From: Candidatus Hydrogenedentota bacterium
GTDB taxonomy: Bacteria; Hydrogenedentota; Hydrogenedentia; Hydrogenedentales; SLHB01
Length of the DNA: 64,000 nt
Assembly (NCBI GenBank): GCA_963674865.2
Contig: CAXXYE010000004.1
Span: forward strand, 128,001-192,000
Reading direction: 5' to 3'
Positions 18,940 through 29,655 of the stretch are shown here, in pieces. The notes below the pieces were generated by a model. The model was not told where the DNA came from and did no database searches. It was given only the letters and a program-made list of their open reading frames with translations. Position 1 is the stretch's first letter, and each line of letters starts with the position of its first letter. Made by a program: the position numbers and the translations under genes.

Positions 18940-20391
18940 TTGGGAGGCGTTGTGACCTTCTCCGAACAATACGCACAGCTACGGACCCTCGGCGCGGCGT
19001 ATGCTCGCGAAGACGAGCCTATCCGCGAGGAGGTGGTCTGCTGCGTCTGGTACGACCAACTCTACCAACAGGATGGGCTGTCGACGGATGATGGCCGCTC
19101 CATTGAAGTGGTGTCGCCGGGCTGGTGGAACAAGGGGGAAGGCCCCGACTTCAAAGGCGCGGAGGTCCGCATTGCGGGGCGGTTGAAGACAGGCGACATC
19201 GAGATCCACCTGGACCACCGCGGCTGGCGCCAACATGGGCACGATCTCGACAGCCGTTACGATGAGGTGCTGCTGGTAGTGTCGCTCGAAAGAGAGCCGC
19301 CAGGGCGTCCCCCGCGCAACTCACTTGGCCGTGCCGTGCCGAGTCTGCTCCTGGGCAACTTCCTTGAAGCGGACATACGCGATCTGGCCGACCGGCTTGC
19401 CTTCGATGACTATCCCTACGGCGTGGCCCAGGCGGCGGGGCGATGCTCCGCGCTTGTCGAGGCGCAGGGCCCGGCCCAACTTGAGAAGCTCCTTATGCTG
19501 GCGGGCGAATGGCGGATGCTCAACAAGGCCCGGACGCTGCGCCAGCGCATGGAAACGGCCGGCCCGGAGCAGGCCCTCTATGAGGCCTTTCTGTCCGCCT
19601 GCGGCTATAGCCATTTCAAGCATCATTTCGCGGCCATTGCCCGGCACCTGCCCTATGATCGCGCCCGCCAACTGGCCCGCCAGGACGGACTTCTGCTCGA
19701 AGCCGCGCTTCTGAGTATGGCCGGCCTACTGCCGGACGCCCTGCCCGAGGGCACCGCGGCGGCCCATTTCGCGCGGCTGCGGTCTTTGCGGCGTGAGCAT
19801 CTGCGCGGCCTCAAGCCTCTGCCACTGACCTGGCGCCGCGTCGGCGTGCGGCCTAACAACTATCCCGAGCGCCGGCTGGCGGGGGCGGCGCGTTTCCTGG
19901 CGCGCACGGCGCGCGACGGCCTGCTTGACACTTTGAACCATATATGGAGGATGGACTTAGCCGCGGTGGCCCGGCGCAGGGCATTCGAGGAGCTATTCCC
20001 CAAGCCGATGGGATTCTGGTCCGTCCATTGCAGTTGGACCGGCAAGAAGCTGGCGAGACCCGTGGCCCTGTTGGGCGCGCAACGCGTCCGATCGATCATC
20101 GGTAACGTATTCGTAGCAGGAGCGTTAGCGATTGCTCGGGCCAGGCGGGACCGGGATCTCGAAGACCGGGTGTTCGCGTTTTTCTCGGCGCTGCCCAAGG
20201 AGGCCGGAAACGAAGTGGTGCGGGCCATGCTGCCGCGCCTGTTCGGACAGGCGCCCCGCCCCAAGCTCGACTTCCGGCTGCAGCAGGGCATTTTGCAGAT
20301 GCACCAGGACTGGTGCCGCCCAAACCCCTCATGCGAAAGGTGTTCCGTGATGGGTTACTTGGGCTTGGACGGTGCGCAACGCCAGAAGTGA
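18940..20391 (+). CDS. DUF2851 family protein
   Basis: PGWWNKGEGPDF, GDIEIH, W..HGH..D..Y..VLL, VRPNNYPERRLA, C-terminal C..C..C; start codon uncertain (18940 or 18952). Confidence 0.85.
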   Translation: MGGVVTFSEQYAQLRTLGAAYAREDEPIREEVVCCVWYDQLYQQDGLSTDDGRSIEVVSPGWWNKGEGPDFKGAEVRIAGRLKTGDIEIHLDHRGWRQHGHDLDSRYDEVLLVVSLEREPPGRPPRNSLGRAVPSLLLGNFLEADIRDLADRLAFDDYPYGVAQAAGRCSALVEAQGPAQLEKLLMLAGEWRMLNKARTLRQRMETAGPEQALYEAFLSACGYSHFKHHFAAIARHLPYDRARQLARQDGLLLEAALLSMAGLLPDALPEGTAAAHFARLRSLRREHLRGLKPLPLTWRRVGVRPNNYPERRLAGAARFLARTARDGLLDTLNHIWRMDLAAVARRRAFEELFPKPMGFWSVHCSWTGKKLARPVALLGAQRVRSIIGNVFVAGALAIARARRDRDLEDRVFAFFSALPKEAGNEVVRAMLPRLFGQAPRPKLDFRLQQGILQMHQDWCRPNPSCERCSVMGYLGLDGAQRQK

Positions 20392-20440
20392 ATGGCTACA
20401 CTATCGTACCTGAATCAGCCCCGAATGGGCTCCTCAGCGC

Positions 20441-20866
20441 TCACAGACCCCGCTTTTCCTTGACGGTTCGGTCCACACCGAATGCCCTTGCGTGCAGAGG
20501 CTTACGCTGCCCCATACGCATCGTATTCAGCGCCTGACCGACCTCCATGTTCAGTTTCTTGAGGCAGTCCTCGCAAAGCCGTTTTCGAGTGCTGATGGCT
20601 CTTCCACCGCAGCGCCCGCACACCGCCGGCTCGGACACCGCCGTGTTCTCAATAAGACCCTCCGCAAGCATGCGGCGCACACAGGTTACGGCGACTCCCG
20701 CAGTTTCGGCAAGCGACTCGACCGTCGGGTCGGGATGTTCCGCCAGAGCGTCCCGAATGCGTCTGTAATCGGCCTCTTCGTCGGGCTGGCACTTCAGGCA
20801 AACGGCGGATTTCACCTTTGTGAAAACCGCCCCACAACGGGCGCATTTCGCAAAATCAAACCCCAT
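20441..20866 (-). CDS. YvyF-like small protein (Zn ribbon - HTH - Zn ribbon)
   Basis: CARCG..F......CLKC, central HTH-like segment (TVESLAETAGVAV), CGRCG....LCEDC. Confidence 0.65.
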   Translation of the reverse strand: MGFDFAKCARCGAVFTKVKSAVCLKCQPDEEADYRRIRDALAEHPDPTVESLAETAGVAVTCVRRMLAEGLIENTAVSEPAVCGRCGGRAISTRKRLCEDCLKKLNMEVGQALNTMRMGQRKPLHARAFGVDRTVKEKRGL

Positions 20867-20987
20867 TTTCGTCCTCTTGGGCTCGTTTCCGTGTCAAATG
20901 ACGACCAACTATTTCATAGTATTCAAGATGTTGACAAAAATCAACCTAGCGGCCATTGTCCAGTCTTGTTGGCAGTTTCAGGCGGCG

Positions 20988-22814
20988 TCAACCATCCAAA
21001 AGCGGCAGGACAACGGTGAAAGCAGCCCCCTGGCCCTCCTCGGAATCGATGAGTATTTTCCCGCCGTGGTTGTGGACGATGCCGTAGGAGACGCTGAGTC
21101 CGAGGCCGGTTCCCGCACCGATGTCGTGGGTGGTGAAGAAGGGGTCGAATACGCGAGCCTGATTCTGGCTGGAGAGTCCGGGGCCGTTGTCGGCAAAGCG
21201 GATATGGACGGCGCCGCTGTCGTTCTTGGTGGAGACCGTCAGCTCTCTCGGCCGATCGTCGACGCGGTTGAGTGCCTGTTGGGCGTTGGTGAGGATGTTC
21301 AGGAACACACGCTGTATCTCTTGCTGTGCGACGGCGACGGGGGGGAGGTCCGCCGCGAGGTCCGTTGAGACTTCGATGCCATCCGTGCGGAGTTGATAAT
21401 CCTGGAGAGCGAGGGTGTCGCGCAGCATTTTGTTAATGTCGTGAGGGGATTTCTCGGCTTCGCTTTGACGCGCGAAACCGAGGAGGTTATCGACGATACG
21501 GCGGCATCGATCGGCTTCGAGTGTGATGCGGTCGAGTCTCTCCTTGGCGTCGTCGGGCATATCACCCGCGTGGAGTAACTGAGCGTATCCCATGATTCCG
21601 GTGAGGGGGTTGTTCAGTTCATGGCCGATGCCCGCAATGACGTCCCTGAGGGCGGAGAGCCTATCTGGATCGCCGCTGCTTGCAGCTTCCGGTTGTTGAG
21701 GGGCCGGCTCAACAATGAGAATGAGAATTGACTCGACGGCCGCCCCTCCGCCGGGAAGCGGGATAAAGAACATGTCGGCGTCCAACGCGGCGCCGAAGGA
21801 TGTCGTGGCGGTTACACGCGTCTGCACCTTTGTCTTGGTGTCCCGGATATCGGCGAGGGCTTTGCCGATGACGGCGTGTGCCTCGGGACACACCGCGCTC
21901 AGAGGTTGGCCGAGCATGCCGCCGCTTGCGGCGCACCCTAGCAGTCGTGCGGCAGGTGGATTCATCTCCCGGACGGCGCCGCGCGCGTCCGTGAGTAGAA
22001 TTCCGTGCGGCGCGTCGGCCGCCAAATGGTCGGCACGGGCATTGGCGCGTTGCAGTTCCCGTTCGAGGCGGCGCACGAGGCGAAGGTCCCGAGCAACCGC
22101 GACAAAGGCGTGTACGCGGCCGTCGCGGATAATGGCGCTGGTAGATATCTCGGCGGGGAAGCGCGCGCCGTCTTTGGTGCACAGTGATAGAGTAAAGGGG
22201 GCTTGAATATCGGCGCCGGGCGATTCGAGGCGTGCTTCGATGAGATCCAGGTTGCCTGGGAGGACGAGGTCATAAAGGGATAGTCCGTCCCGGAGGTCTT
22301 CGTCGGTGAATCCTGTGAGCCGCAACCCTTCCGGATTCATGTAAAGGATATCGCCGGCCGTATCGTGAACGAAGACAACGTCCTGTATCGTGCTCATAAC
22401 GGCTTGGAGCAGGCCAAGGAACTCGACCTCCTCGGTAGGTGGCCGCTCAAGCGCGTGGTCCCCAGGCCAAATGCGGGCGCTTGGCCTAACGCCGCCCAAG
22501 GCGGAGATCGTCGTCTTAATGCTCCGCCGCACGGCCAATACGGTTTCCTGGAAGTCTTCCTCTTCTCCCGTTTGGCGGAGCGTTTCGATGGCCTCCGCTT
22601 GAAGGGCACGGAGCAGGCGTGCAATACGGGTGTCGGAGATGTTGAGTTCTCTCAGAGGCGTCGTATCAAGTGGTGTATCGACCGTCAAGTTGTCGGCCAA
22701 CAGACGGGCGATGTCCCCCAAAGGCTGGGCCAAAGCGTCTGCGTCGAGTGTTTCAGCCGCGGCTGCGGCGATCTGCTCCGCGCGTCGGCGGATTCGCGAT
22801 ATCTGAAGCGTCAT
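20988..22814 (-). CDS. PAS-PAS cytoplasmic sensor histidine kinase
   Basis: Two PAS domains, AGIGHELNNPLTG, NILTNAQQA, DNGPG, FDPFFTT, GTGLGL. Confidence 0.9.
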   Translation of the reverse strand: MTLQISRIRRRAEQIAAAAAETLDADALAQPLGDIARLLADNLTVDTPLDTTPLRELNISDTRIARLLRALQAEAIETLRQTGEEEDFQETVLAVRRSIKTTISALGGVRPSARIWPGDHALERPPTEEVEFLGLLQAVMSTIQDVVFVHDTAGDILYMNPEGLRLTGFTDEDLRDGLSLYDLVLPGNLDLIEARLESPGADIQAPFTLSLCTKDGARFPAEISTSAIIRDGRVHAFVAVARDLRLVRRLERELQRANARADHLAADAPHGILLTDARGAVREMNPPAARLLGCAASGGMLGQPLSAVCPEAHAVIGKALADIRDTKTKVQTRVTATTSFGAALDADMFFIPLPGGGAAVESILILIVEPAPQQPEAASSGDPDRLSALRDVIAGIGHELNNPLTGIMGYAQLLHAGDMPDDAKERLDRITLEADRCRRIVDNLLGFARQSEAEKSPHDINKMLRDTLALQDYQLRTDGIEVSTDLAADLPPVAVAQQEIQRVFLNILTNAQQALNRVDDRPRELTVSTKNDSGAVHIRFADNGPGLSSQNQARVFDPFFTTHDIGAGTGLGLSVSYGIVHNHGGKILIDSEEGQGAAFTVVLPLLDG

Positions 22815-23039
22815 TCGGTCTCTCCCCCCGAGTCGGCGCAACGTCAAAATAGCGCAAGAGGGTGGGCCGGATCAACCGGTGCTCACGGGCCATGCTCGAA
22901 GTATTCTACGCACTGAAAGGGAGGCGGAGGGCAAGGAACTGAGTGAGCCGGGAGGAAACAGATTGACATCGGCGCGGCAACGTGGTTGAATTTGGCGCGG
23001 GTCGATTGGGACGGGCACCTTCACGAAAGGATAAGCACT

Positions 23040-24050
23040 ATGGCTCTGAATGTTTCGATTGTAGGTATGGGCGGCATCGGCAATACGCACGCCCGGTGTT
23101 ACATGAAGGACCCGTTGGCGAAGGTGGTCGCGGTTTGCGATATCATCAAGGAACGCGCGGACAAGGCGGCGCAGGAGTACGGCTGCCCGGCGTTCTACAG
23201 TGTGAAAGAGATGCTGGCGAGCGGCATCAAGATCGATTGCTCGAGCATGTGTACAGCCGGCGTCGAGAACGGCGGCGACCACTATAAGCCGACGATGGAA
23301 CTATTGAACGCGGGGATTCCGGTGCTGGGCGAGAAGCCCATTTCGAACGAGGTCCCCAAAGCGAAGCGGATGGTCGCCTTAGCGAAGAAGAAGCGGCTGC
23401 GGTACGGGGTGGACTTGAATCACCGCTTCACGCCGGCGGCCCGGCTGGCCAAAGAGTGGGTGACGAAAGGCCGCTTGGGGCGGTTGCACATCATCAATAT
23501 GACGATGTGGATCAACAATCCGAATGAGACCTCGCCTCATTTTCATTTGCGCGCGCTGCATCCGCACTCCATCGATGTGATGCGCTATTTCTGCGGGGAC
23601 GTGGTGAGCGTTCAGGCGTTTATGCTTCGCGGCAAGACACAGGAAGGCAAACAGCGCAAGTGCTGGTCGAACGCTCAGGTGAATATGCTCTTCAAGAACG
23701 GGATGGTCGGCCACCTGACGGGCAGCTACGACGCGGGCGGCGGATTTGGCCTCGAGCGGTGCGAAGTGACGGGTAGTAAAGGCCGGTTTGTGATCGAAGA
23801 GGCGTGCGAAGAGTTGACGTTCTACACCCGCGCAAGTTCGGAGACGGAGCACTACCACCACCTTGGCGGTATGAAGAGTTTCGGCGAGACGTTTGCGAGC
23901 CGTATCCACCGCTGGCTGGAACAGAATGCGAAGAAGGTACGGCCCAGCATGATTGATGGCTCCGGCGAAGACGCGCTCAGGGCGCAGATGATCATTGAAG
24001 CAGCCATTGCCTCCTGGCACGAAAAGCGCATTGTCAATCTCCGATACTAG
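23040..24050 (+). CDS. Gfo/Idh/MocA family oxidoreductase
   Basis: VSIVGMGGIG, VLGEKPI, LNHRFTP, HSIDVMRYF. Confidence 0.92.
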   Translation: MALNVSIVGMGGIGNTHARCYMKDPLAKVVAVCDIIKERADKAAQEYGCPAFYSVKEMLASGIKIDCSSMCTAGVENGGDHYKPTMELLNAGIPVLGEKPISNEVPKAKRMVALAKKKRLRYGVDLNHRFTPAARLAKEWVTKGRLGRLHIINMTMWINNPNETSPHFHLRALHPHSIDVMRYFCGDVVSVQAFMLRGKTQEGKQRKCWSNAQVNMLFKNGMVGHLTGSYDAGGGFGLERCEVTGSKGRFVIEEACEELTFYTRASSETEHYHHLGGMKSFGETFASRIHRWLEQNAKKVRPSMIDGSGEDALRAQMIIEAAIASWHEKRIVNLRY

Positions 24051-24120
24051 GCCGCATCCAGACAGGTGGCTAGGAGTCTGGGCGAGGCCGCGGTGAACAG
24101 AGCAAGGAAGGGCCAAGGCG

Positions 24121-24924
24121 ATGATTCGATTGGGCGTGAACACAGTGTTGTTCGGCAAGCACGACTTCCGGACGGCGATGCAGCACATCAAGTGGGCGGG
24201 ATTCGACGGCGCCGAGGTCTCGGCAATCAAGGGCATGTGTGAGCACTTGTGCCTGGACACCTGGAAACAGGATGCGGCGGAGATCAAGGCCATCGTGGAG
24301 GACCTCGAGCTCCCGCTCATGGCTATGGAGGAAGCAGCCCAGGATGAAGATCGGCTGATGACAGCCTTCGAGGCCGGCGCCGAGATCGGGATACCCGTCG
24401 TGAACATCGGCCCGGGGGGGAGCAAGGATAACAACCCGGACGACCTGAAGAAGCTGGTGGCATTTCTGACGAAGATGGCGGAGAAGGCGGAGCCGTTCGG
24501 CGTCACGCTCTGCGTGAAGGCGCATGTGGGGGCTTGCATGTGGAACACGCCGACGACGCTGATGGCAATGGCGCAGATCGATTCGCCCGCCTTTGGGGTG
24601 GACATGGACCCGAGCCATATTCACCGGGCCGGCGAGGTGCCTAAGGACGCCCTGGCCCAGGTTATCTCGCGGGTCAAGCACGTTCACATCCGCGACTGCG
24701 TCGGGCCGGGGCCAAGCCCAGGACCAGCGGAACTGCAGGCGTGCGGGCGCGGAGACATCGACCTGATGGGATACTGCAAGGTCTTGGCGGACCACGCGTA
24801 TGACGGCCCGGTGGACCTGGAGGTGATCGGAGCGGGCAAGTATGACGTAAGCCGTTGCGCGATCATTGCGGCGGAATCGTATGGTTACTTGAACGCATGT
24901 CTGAAGGCGTGCGGGGCGAGGTAG
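24121..24924 (+). CDS. Sugar phosphate isomerase/epimerase (AP-endonuclease-2 TIM barrel)
   Basis: AGFDGAE, DMDPSH, HVHIRD, GRGDID, YDGPVDLE; the usual E-x-H motif reads KAH. Confidence 0.88.
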   Translation: MIRLGVNTVLFGKHDFRTAMQHIKWAGFDGAEVSAIKGMCEHLCLDTWKQDAAEIKAIVEDLELPLMAMEEAAQDEDRLMTAFEAGAEIGIPVVNIGPGGSKDNNPDDLKKLVAFLTKMAEKAEPFGVTLCVKAHVGACMWNTPTTLMAMAQIDSPAFGVDMDPSHIHRAGEVPKDALAQVISRVKHVHIRDCVGPGPSPGPAELQACGRGDIDLMGYCKVLADHAYDGPVDLEVIGAGKYDVSRCAIIAAESYGYLNACLKACGAR

Positions 24925-25031
24925 GGATTGATTGCCGGTTGCCTGGGCGGAAGGCCGACAGGAGCGGTGACAGCATGTGGCCGCAGGCAGGACCTCAGTG
25001 TGGTTCCGGGCCGCAAGTGAAAGGAATCGAA

Positions 25032-26372
25032 ATGCCGAAGAGGTTTCCGAACATTGTTATTTTTGCCATTGACAGCATTCGCCGGGACCACATGAGCTGC
25101 TATGGCTACCCGCGGCTGACGACGCCGTACTTCGACGATCTGGCCCGGCAGGGCGTACTGATCGAGAACGCGTTTAGTCCGTATATTCCGACGACGCCCG
25201 CCTATTCCACCATACTGACGGGGCGGGACGTCATCGCTACGGGGCAGCCGTCGCTGCGTCCGCAGGGGCCGCTGGACAAGAGCCAGCCTACCCTTCCGGA
25301 GATCTTGCGCCGGGCCGGTTACAACACGACGTGCGTGGGATTTGGAGGGGATTTCTATCGTGGTTTCAACAAGTACCTGAATTTCGAGGGGTGGGTGTCT
25401 TGGGAGGATCGTCCCGCGCGGAAGGCGGAGAATCTGAATGCGGTGACGCTCCCGGAGTTGGAGCGGCTGTCCAGGTCGAAGAAACCGTTCATGCTCTTCT
25501 TGAGGCACATGGATCCGCACTCGCCTTACCTTCCCCCTGCTCCCTATGACACGATGTTCTATTCCAAGGATCCATGCGATAAGAAGAACAAGAGCATGAA
25601 GCCGGTGTTCGATTTCAAGCCGTTCGCCGATTTCCTCGCGTCATGGATGCCGCCGGGATGTACGGATAAGGACTATGTGATCGCCCAGTATGACGGGGAA
25701 TTGGCGTACATGGACGCGTGCTGCCGGCGCCTCATCACACGAATCGAGGAATTGGGCATCGCGGAGGACACGTTGATCGTGATCACCGGCGATCACGGCG
25801 AGACGCTCTACGATCATGGAATCTACTTCGACCACCACGGCCTTTACGAGTGCACGCTCGTGGTTCCGCTCATCTACTACTGGCCGGGGCGTGTGCCGGC
25901 GGGTGTGCGCAGTAAGGCGTATTCATTGCACGAGGACATGATCCCGACGCTTCTTGATCTGTGCAAGCTGAAGCGTTTCGCGAAGGGGGTGAAGTTTGAT
26001 GGGAAGTCCCATGTGCCGTTTTTCACGGATACGGAGGCAACGCATCGGACGGAGTTCTACATCAGCGAGTGCACCTGGATGCGGAAGCATGGCTGGCGGA
26101 CGCCGGTATGGAAATTCTGGGAGGCGCTTGAGCCGGATTTCCACAACAAGCCGCCCGTCGAGTTGTACAATCTTCTCGAAGATCCGGAGGAGTCGTGCAA
26201 TCTCGCGGACAAGGAGCCGAAGATTGTCGAGGTGCTGCGCGAACGCATGAACCGATGGCTCAAGCGCCGTGAGCGGCAGACGGGCAAGAAGAACGCCATC
26301 CACGCCTACCATATAGGGACGGACGCGCGCATCGGCTCCATTGCGACGGCAAAGAAGCTTCAGGCGCGATAG
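25032..26372 (+). CDS. Sulfatase-like alkaline phosphatase superfamily hydrolase lacking the FGly motif
   Basis: PNIVIFAIDSIRRDH, MDPHSPY, YDGELAYMD, GDHGE, ELYNL..DPEE; nucleophile region reads PTTPAYSTILTG. Confidence 0.88.
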   Translation: MPKRFPNIVIFAIDSIRRDHMSCYGYPRLTTPYFDDLARQGVLIENAFSPYIPTTPAYSTILTGRDVIATGQPSLRPQGPLDKSQPTLPEILRRAGYNTTCVGFGGDFYRGFNKYLNFEGWVSWEDRPARKAENLNAVTLPELERLSRSKKPFMLFLRHMDPHSPYLPPAPYDTMFYSKDPCDKKNKSMKPVFDFKPFADFLASWMPPGCTDKDYVIAQYDGELAYMDACCRRLITRIEELGIAEDTLIVITGDHGETLYDHGIYFDHHGLYECTLVVPLIYYWPGRVPAGVRSKAYSLHEDMIPTLLDLCKLKRFAKGVKFDGKSHVPFFTDTEATHRTEFYISECTWMRKHGWRTPVWKFWEALEPDFHNKPPVELYNLLEDPEESCNLADKEPKIVEVLRERMNRWLKRRERQTGKKNAIHAYHIGTDARIGSIATAKKLQAR

Positions 26373-26387
26373 AAAAACCGATTATCT

Positions 26388-26426
26388 GGGGGCCTGCTTC
26401 CGCCATGGGAGGAGGTCCCCTTTTTC
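26388..26426 (+). terminator. Intrinsic terminator
   Basis: GGGGGCCT..CTTCC / GGGAG..AGGTCCCC stem followed by TTTTT just after the operon stop. Confidence 0.75.
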
Positions 26427-26576
26427 ATAACTGGCGCCGGACAAGGAGAGGCCCGCCCTGAAAGGTCTTGTCTACGCCCGGTACTAGATTCTTGCCCCGG
26501 CTGTGCGGACTATTGAGAAAGCGTGGCTCCCGTACGTGAGAGAGGCGGTATTTCGTGGCGTGGGAGTTGCAGGAGG

Positions 26577-29279
26577 CTAGGGGGCGTCCAGGACGGCCGC
26601 GATGACGAGTTGGATGTCGAGGGCGTCCACGGCGTCGGAATCGTCGACATCGAGGACGTTTTCGGGCACGGGGACGGAAAAGCCGAGAACGCCGTTCACG
26701 ACAAGTTGCACGTCTTGTGAGTTCACCTCGCCGTCGATGTTCGTATCGCCGAAGAGCTGCGACTCAGGGAAAGAGTCGCCTTTGGTGGGATCGCTGCCGC
26801 GATCGACTTCGAATCCGTCCCAAAAGCCGTTGTCGTCCGTGTCGACGTCATAGGGATCAGAGTCATAGGTGCCGGCTTCATCCTCATCGGAAACGCCGTC
26901 ATTGTCCGAATCTTCATCAAGGTAGTTGGGAATGCCGTCGCCGTCAGGGTCGCCGGTTCCTTCGGTTTCATCAGGAATGCCGTCGTCGTCGGAGTCGTCA
27001 TCGAGGTAGTTGGGCTTGGTATCTCCGTCCGGATCGCCGGTGCCTTCCGTTTCATCCGAGATGCCGTCACCGTCGGCGTCAACGTCCAGGAAGTTGGGCG
27101 TGGTGTCTCCGTCCGGATCGCCGGCTCCTTCGGTTTCATCAGGAATGCCGTCGTCGTCGGAGTCGTCATCAAGATAGTTGGGGATACCGTCGCTGTCCGT
27201 GTCTACGCTTCCCTCAATCTCATCCGAAATCCCGTCATCATCGGAATCGTCGTCGATATAGTTGGGCGTTCCGTCGCCGTCGGAATCCACGGCGCCTTCG
27301 GTTTCGTCAGGAATGCCGTCATCATCGGAGTCTTCGTCGATATAGTTGGGCGTTCCGTCGCCGTCGGAATCCACGGCGCCTTCGGTCTCGTCTGGAATGC
27401 CGTCATCATCGGAATCGTCGTCAACGTAGTTGGATGCGCCGTCACCGTCGGTGTCCACGGTGCCTTCGGTGGCATCAGGAATGCCGTCATCGTCGGAGTC
27501 TTCATCGAGGTAGTCGGGCGTTCCGTCGCCATCCGTGTCCCCGTCTCCCTCCGTGATATCCGGGATCCCGTCGTTGTCGGAGTCCTCCGGAGCGAGCCAG
27601 CCTTGGACGATGGGGAAGGTTACATCGAAGCGGCCGAAATAGTCGGGCTCGTCGGTGGCGCTACAGCTTGCGAGGCCGCCCCAGAGCTGGCCGATAATCT
27701 GTTGCGTGCTCTCGATCATGAGCGGACTTCCCGACGAGCCGCCCTCGGTGGTGCCGTCGCTCCAGAGCACCTCGTGAAATCGCGTGATGGGCTTGAGCCG
27801 CACGCCGTAGAAGGGACTACCGTCGTCGGTGATGGCGCCGAAGGAGATCCGCTTGAAATCGCCGCTGGGGTGATGGATACATACGACATCATTGCCCACC
27901 GCCGCGGCGTCGGAGGTCCAGCCGACGTACGTCGGGCCCGACGGCGGGTCATTCCGCAAGCGAAGGAAGGCGAAATCCGAGCCACTCGACTCGCTCGCGC
28001 CGGCGAGGAAATCGGCGCCGCCGGTGGTTCGCGGCACGGTGGTGGGAGAGGGCGCCGAGCCTCCGCAGGAGGTGGTCTGATAAAGCCAGTAGACCTCGAT
28101 GTTCGAGGCGCCGTACGTGCCGCTCTGGCCCGAAACACAGTGATAGGCGGTGAGAAAGTAGGGGATGTCCGTCTCCGGGCTGCTATCGGCGAGGAGCGTA
28201 CCGGTACACCAGAGAGAGCCGTCGGCGCCGATGGAGCCGATGCCGCCGATGCCTTTGGCGGTTGTGCTCCAGTCGGTATAGCACGAGACGTCCAGGTTGC
28301 AGGAACCTGCCGATTTCTGCCACTGAAGCGTGGCGAGATCGACGTAGACGTGGGAAATCTTGTCGATGATCAGCACGAAATCGCTTACGTCTACACCGGG
28401 CTCAGCGGCGCACTCGACCACCACCTTTTCAGCGAAGCAGGTGGGACTCCAGAAGTCGGCCTCGCCTTCATAGGGGCGGTTGTAGGGACCATAGGCTTCG
28501 CCGGGGGCGTTGGCGTTGTAGACAACGACCTGGCCGCCGTCGGGCACGTCGAGCGCGGAGAAGTGAATCCGTTGTCCGACGGCGTCCGGTGAATGGATCT
28601 CGATGGCCCACACAGCGCCGCCATCTGGTAGCGATTCCCACGCGGCATCTTGCTGGATGTCGATGGCAGGCGAAAGCTCGCGAAAGGCGCCAATGCGCCT
28701 CGGGCCCTTCGAGAGAGCGGCTTCGGCGGCGTCCTCAGCTTCGAGCTGGGCCAGATCGAGGGCGGGAAGGCTCACGGCATTAGCCAGGGGGATGCCGTGG
28801 ATTACGCCCACAGGAGTCGGCGGGGCGTGCATTGCCTTATTGAGGGCCCGCGCCGTCTCGCCCCATTGCTCAACGGGGCGCAGTTGCCAGTTCTTGGGGC
28901 GAACGCCCATCGCGTCCAGGTCCTGATCGGCGAGCAGAATGCCATCGGCGTCGCGGTAGAGATCGAAAGGCTCACCTCCGTCCGCCGGCCCGATGTGGAA
29001 GCCCGTGACAAACTTTCCAGGCTGCCCGGGGAGGGCCTCCTCCCACGCGATGAGCACGGCGAACTCGTCGGCGGGAAATCCCTGAGTCTCGAGATATTCG
29101 GCGGCGTCCGGGAACTTCGGGGCGCCGTCTCCGCACTCGAGACATTTGTCAGGAGCGGCGGCTCCGTGTGCGGCCAGAATGAGTGTTACGACGAGAAGAA
29201 GTCGAGATGGTGCGCCCGTCGTCCGAGTGGTTAACAAATGTGTTCGACCTCCGTGATTCTTCGCCCGATCCGTTACCAC
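26577..29279 (-). CDS. Lysyl endopeptidase-like serine protease (S1) with Ca-binding TSP3-like repeats and C-terminal dockerin-like domain
   Basis: Propeptide then [24 protein letters not shown] (His), DFAFLRL (Asp), [10 protein letters not shown] (Ser); [31 protein letters not shown] duplicated dockerin motif; start uncertain. Confidence 0.9.
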   Translation of the reverse strand: MVTDRAKNHGGRTHLLTTRTTGAPSRLLLVVTLILAAHGAAAPDKCLECGDGAPKFPDAAEYLETQGFPADEFAVLIAWEEALPGQPGKFVTGFHIGPADGGEPFDLYRDADGILLADQDLDAMGVRPKNWQLRPVEQWGETARALNKAMHAPPTPVGVIHGIPLANAVSLPALDLAQLEAEDAAEAALSKGPRRIGAFRELSPAIDIQQDAAWESLPDGGAVWAIEIHSPDAVGQRIHFSALDVPDGGQVVVYNANAPGEAYGPYNRPYEGEADFWSPTCFAEKVVVECAAEPGVDVSDFVLIIDKISHVYVDLATLQWQKSAGSCNLDVSCYTDWSTTAKGIGGIGSIGADGSLWCTGTLLADSSPETDIPYFLTAYHCVSGQSGTYGASNIEVYWLYQTTSCGGSAPSPTTVPRTTGGADFLAGASESSGSDFAFLRLRNDPPSGPTYVGWTSDAAAVGNDVVCIHHPSGDFKRISFGAITDDGSPFYGVRLKPITRFHEVLWSDGTTEGGSSGSPLMIESTQQIIGQLWGGLASCSATDEPDYFGRFDVTFPIVQGWLAPEDSDNDGIPDITEGDGDTDGDGTPDYLDEDSDDDGIPDATEGTVDTDGDGASNYVDDDSDDDGIPDETEGAVDSDGDGTPNYIDEDSDDDGIPDETEGAVDSDGDGTPNYIDDDSDDDGISDEIEGSVDTDSDGIPNYLDDDSDDDGIPDETEGAGDPDGDTTPNFLDVDADGDGISDETEGTGDPDGDTKPNYLDDDSDDDGIPDETEGTGDPDGDGIPNYLDEDSDNDGVSDEDEAGTYDSDPYDVDTDDNGFWDGFEVDRGSDPTKGDSFPESQLFGDTNIDGEVNSQDVQLVVNGVLGFSVPVPENVLDVDDSDAVDALDIQLVIAAVLDAP
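26913..27584 (-). repeat. Intragenic tandem repeat, 8 x 84 bp (28 aa, [28 protein letters not shown])
   Basis: Eight units counted in the translation; identical DNA blocks at 27255 and 27339 give an 84-bp period. Confidence 0.92.
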
Positions 29280-29655
29280 GCACCTTAGACGGTTCTTCGG
29301 GAGCCGTTTGGCCCTGCTTTACGAGGCGTGAAGCGTCCCAGCCTTGAACCATGACACCGCGCATGCTAATCTCACGACCCCACTAGGCTTTACCGATGAG
29401 CGCGCCGAATGTGTCGCATCATTTTACCCGACGTGTAAGGCCAAAAGACAACTGGGCACGGCTTGCCTGGTGGCCGGGACGCCCCGTGTTCCGCGCTCCA
29501 AGTCATTGGAGGCAAGAGCACTAAGGCAATAGAGGGCCTCATCTGCCTGGAGAATGTGTTTCAGAGGATGGGGCCGATTCGGAGCGCAGTATGCGCGGCG
29601 CCATCGAGTTATCCGGCCGTGGAGCTGAACCAGCAAGGGAAAGGACCTGTTTCGT

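Noticed and set aside
26913..27584. Periodic repeats as a possible CRISPR array
   Set aside because: Period is 84 bp with no unique spacers; repeats are in-frame protein repeats with synonymous variation; no cas genes
29454..29492. GGGCACGG...CCGTGTTC hairpin as a second REP copy
   Set aside because: Weak pairing and unlike the 18864 doublet; no other copy seen
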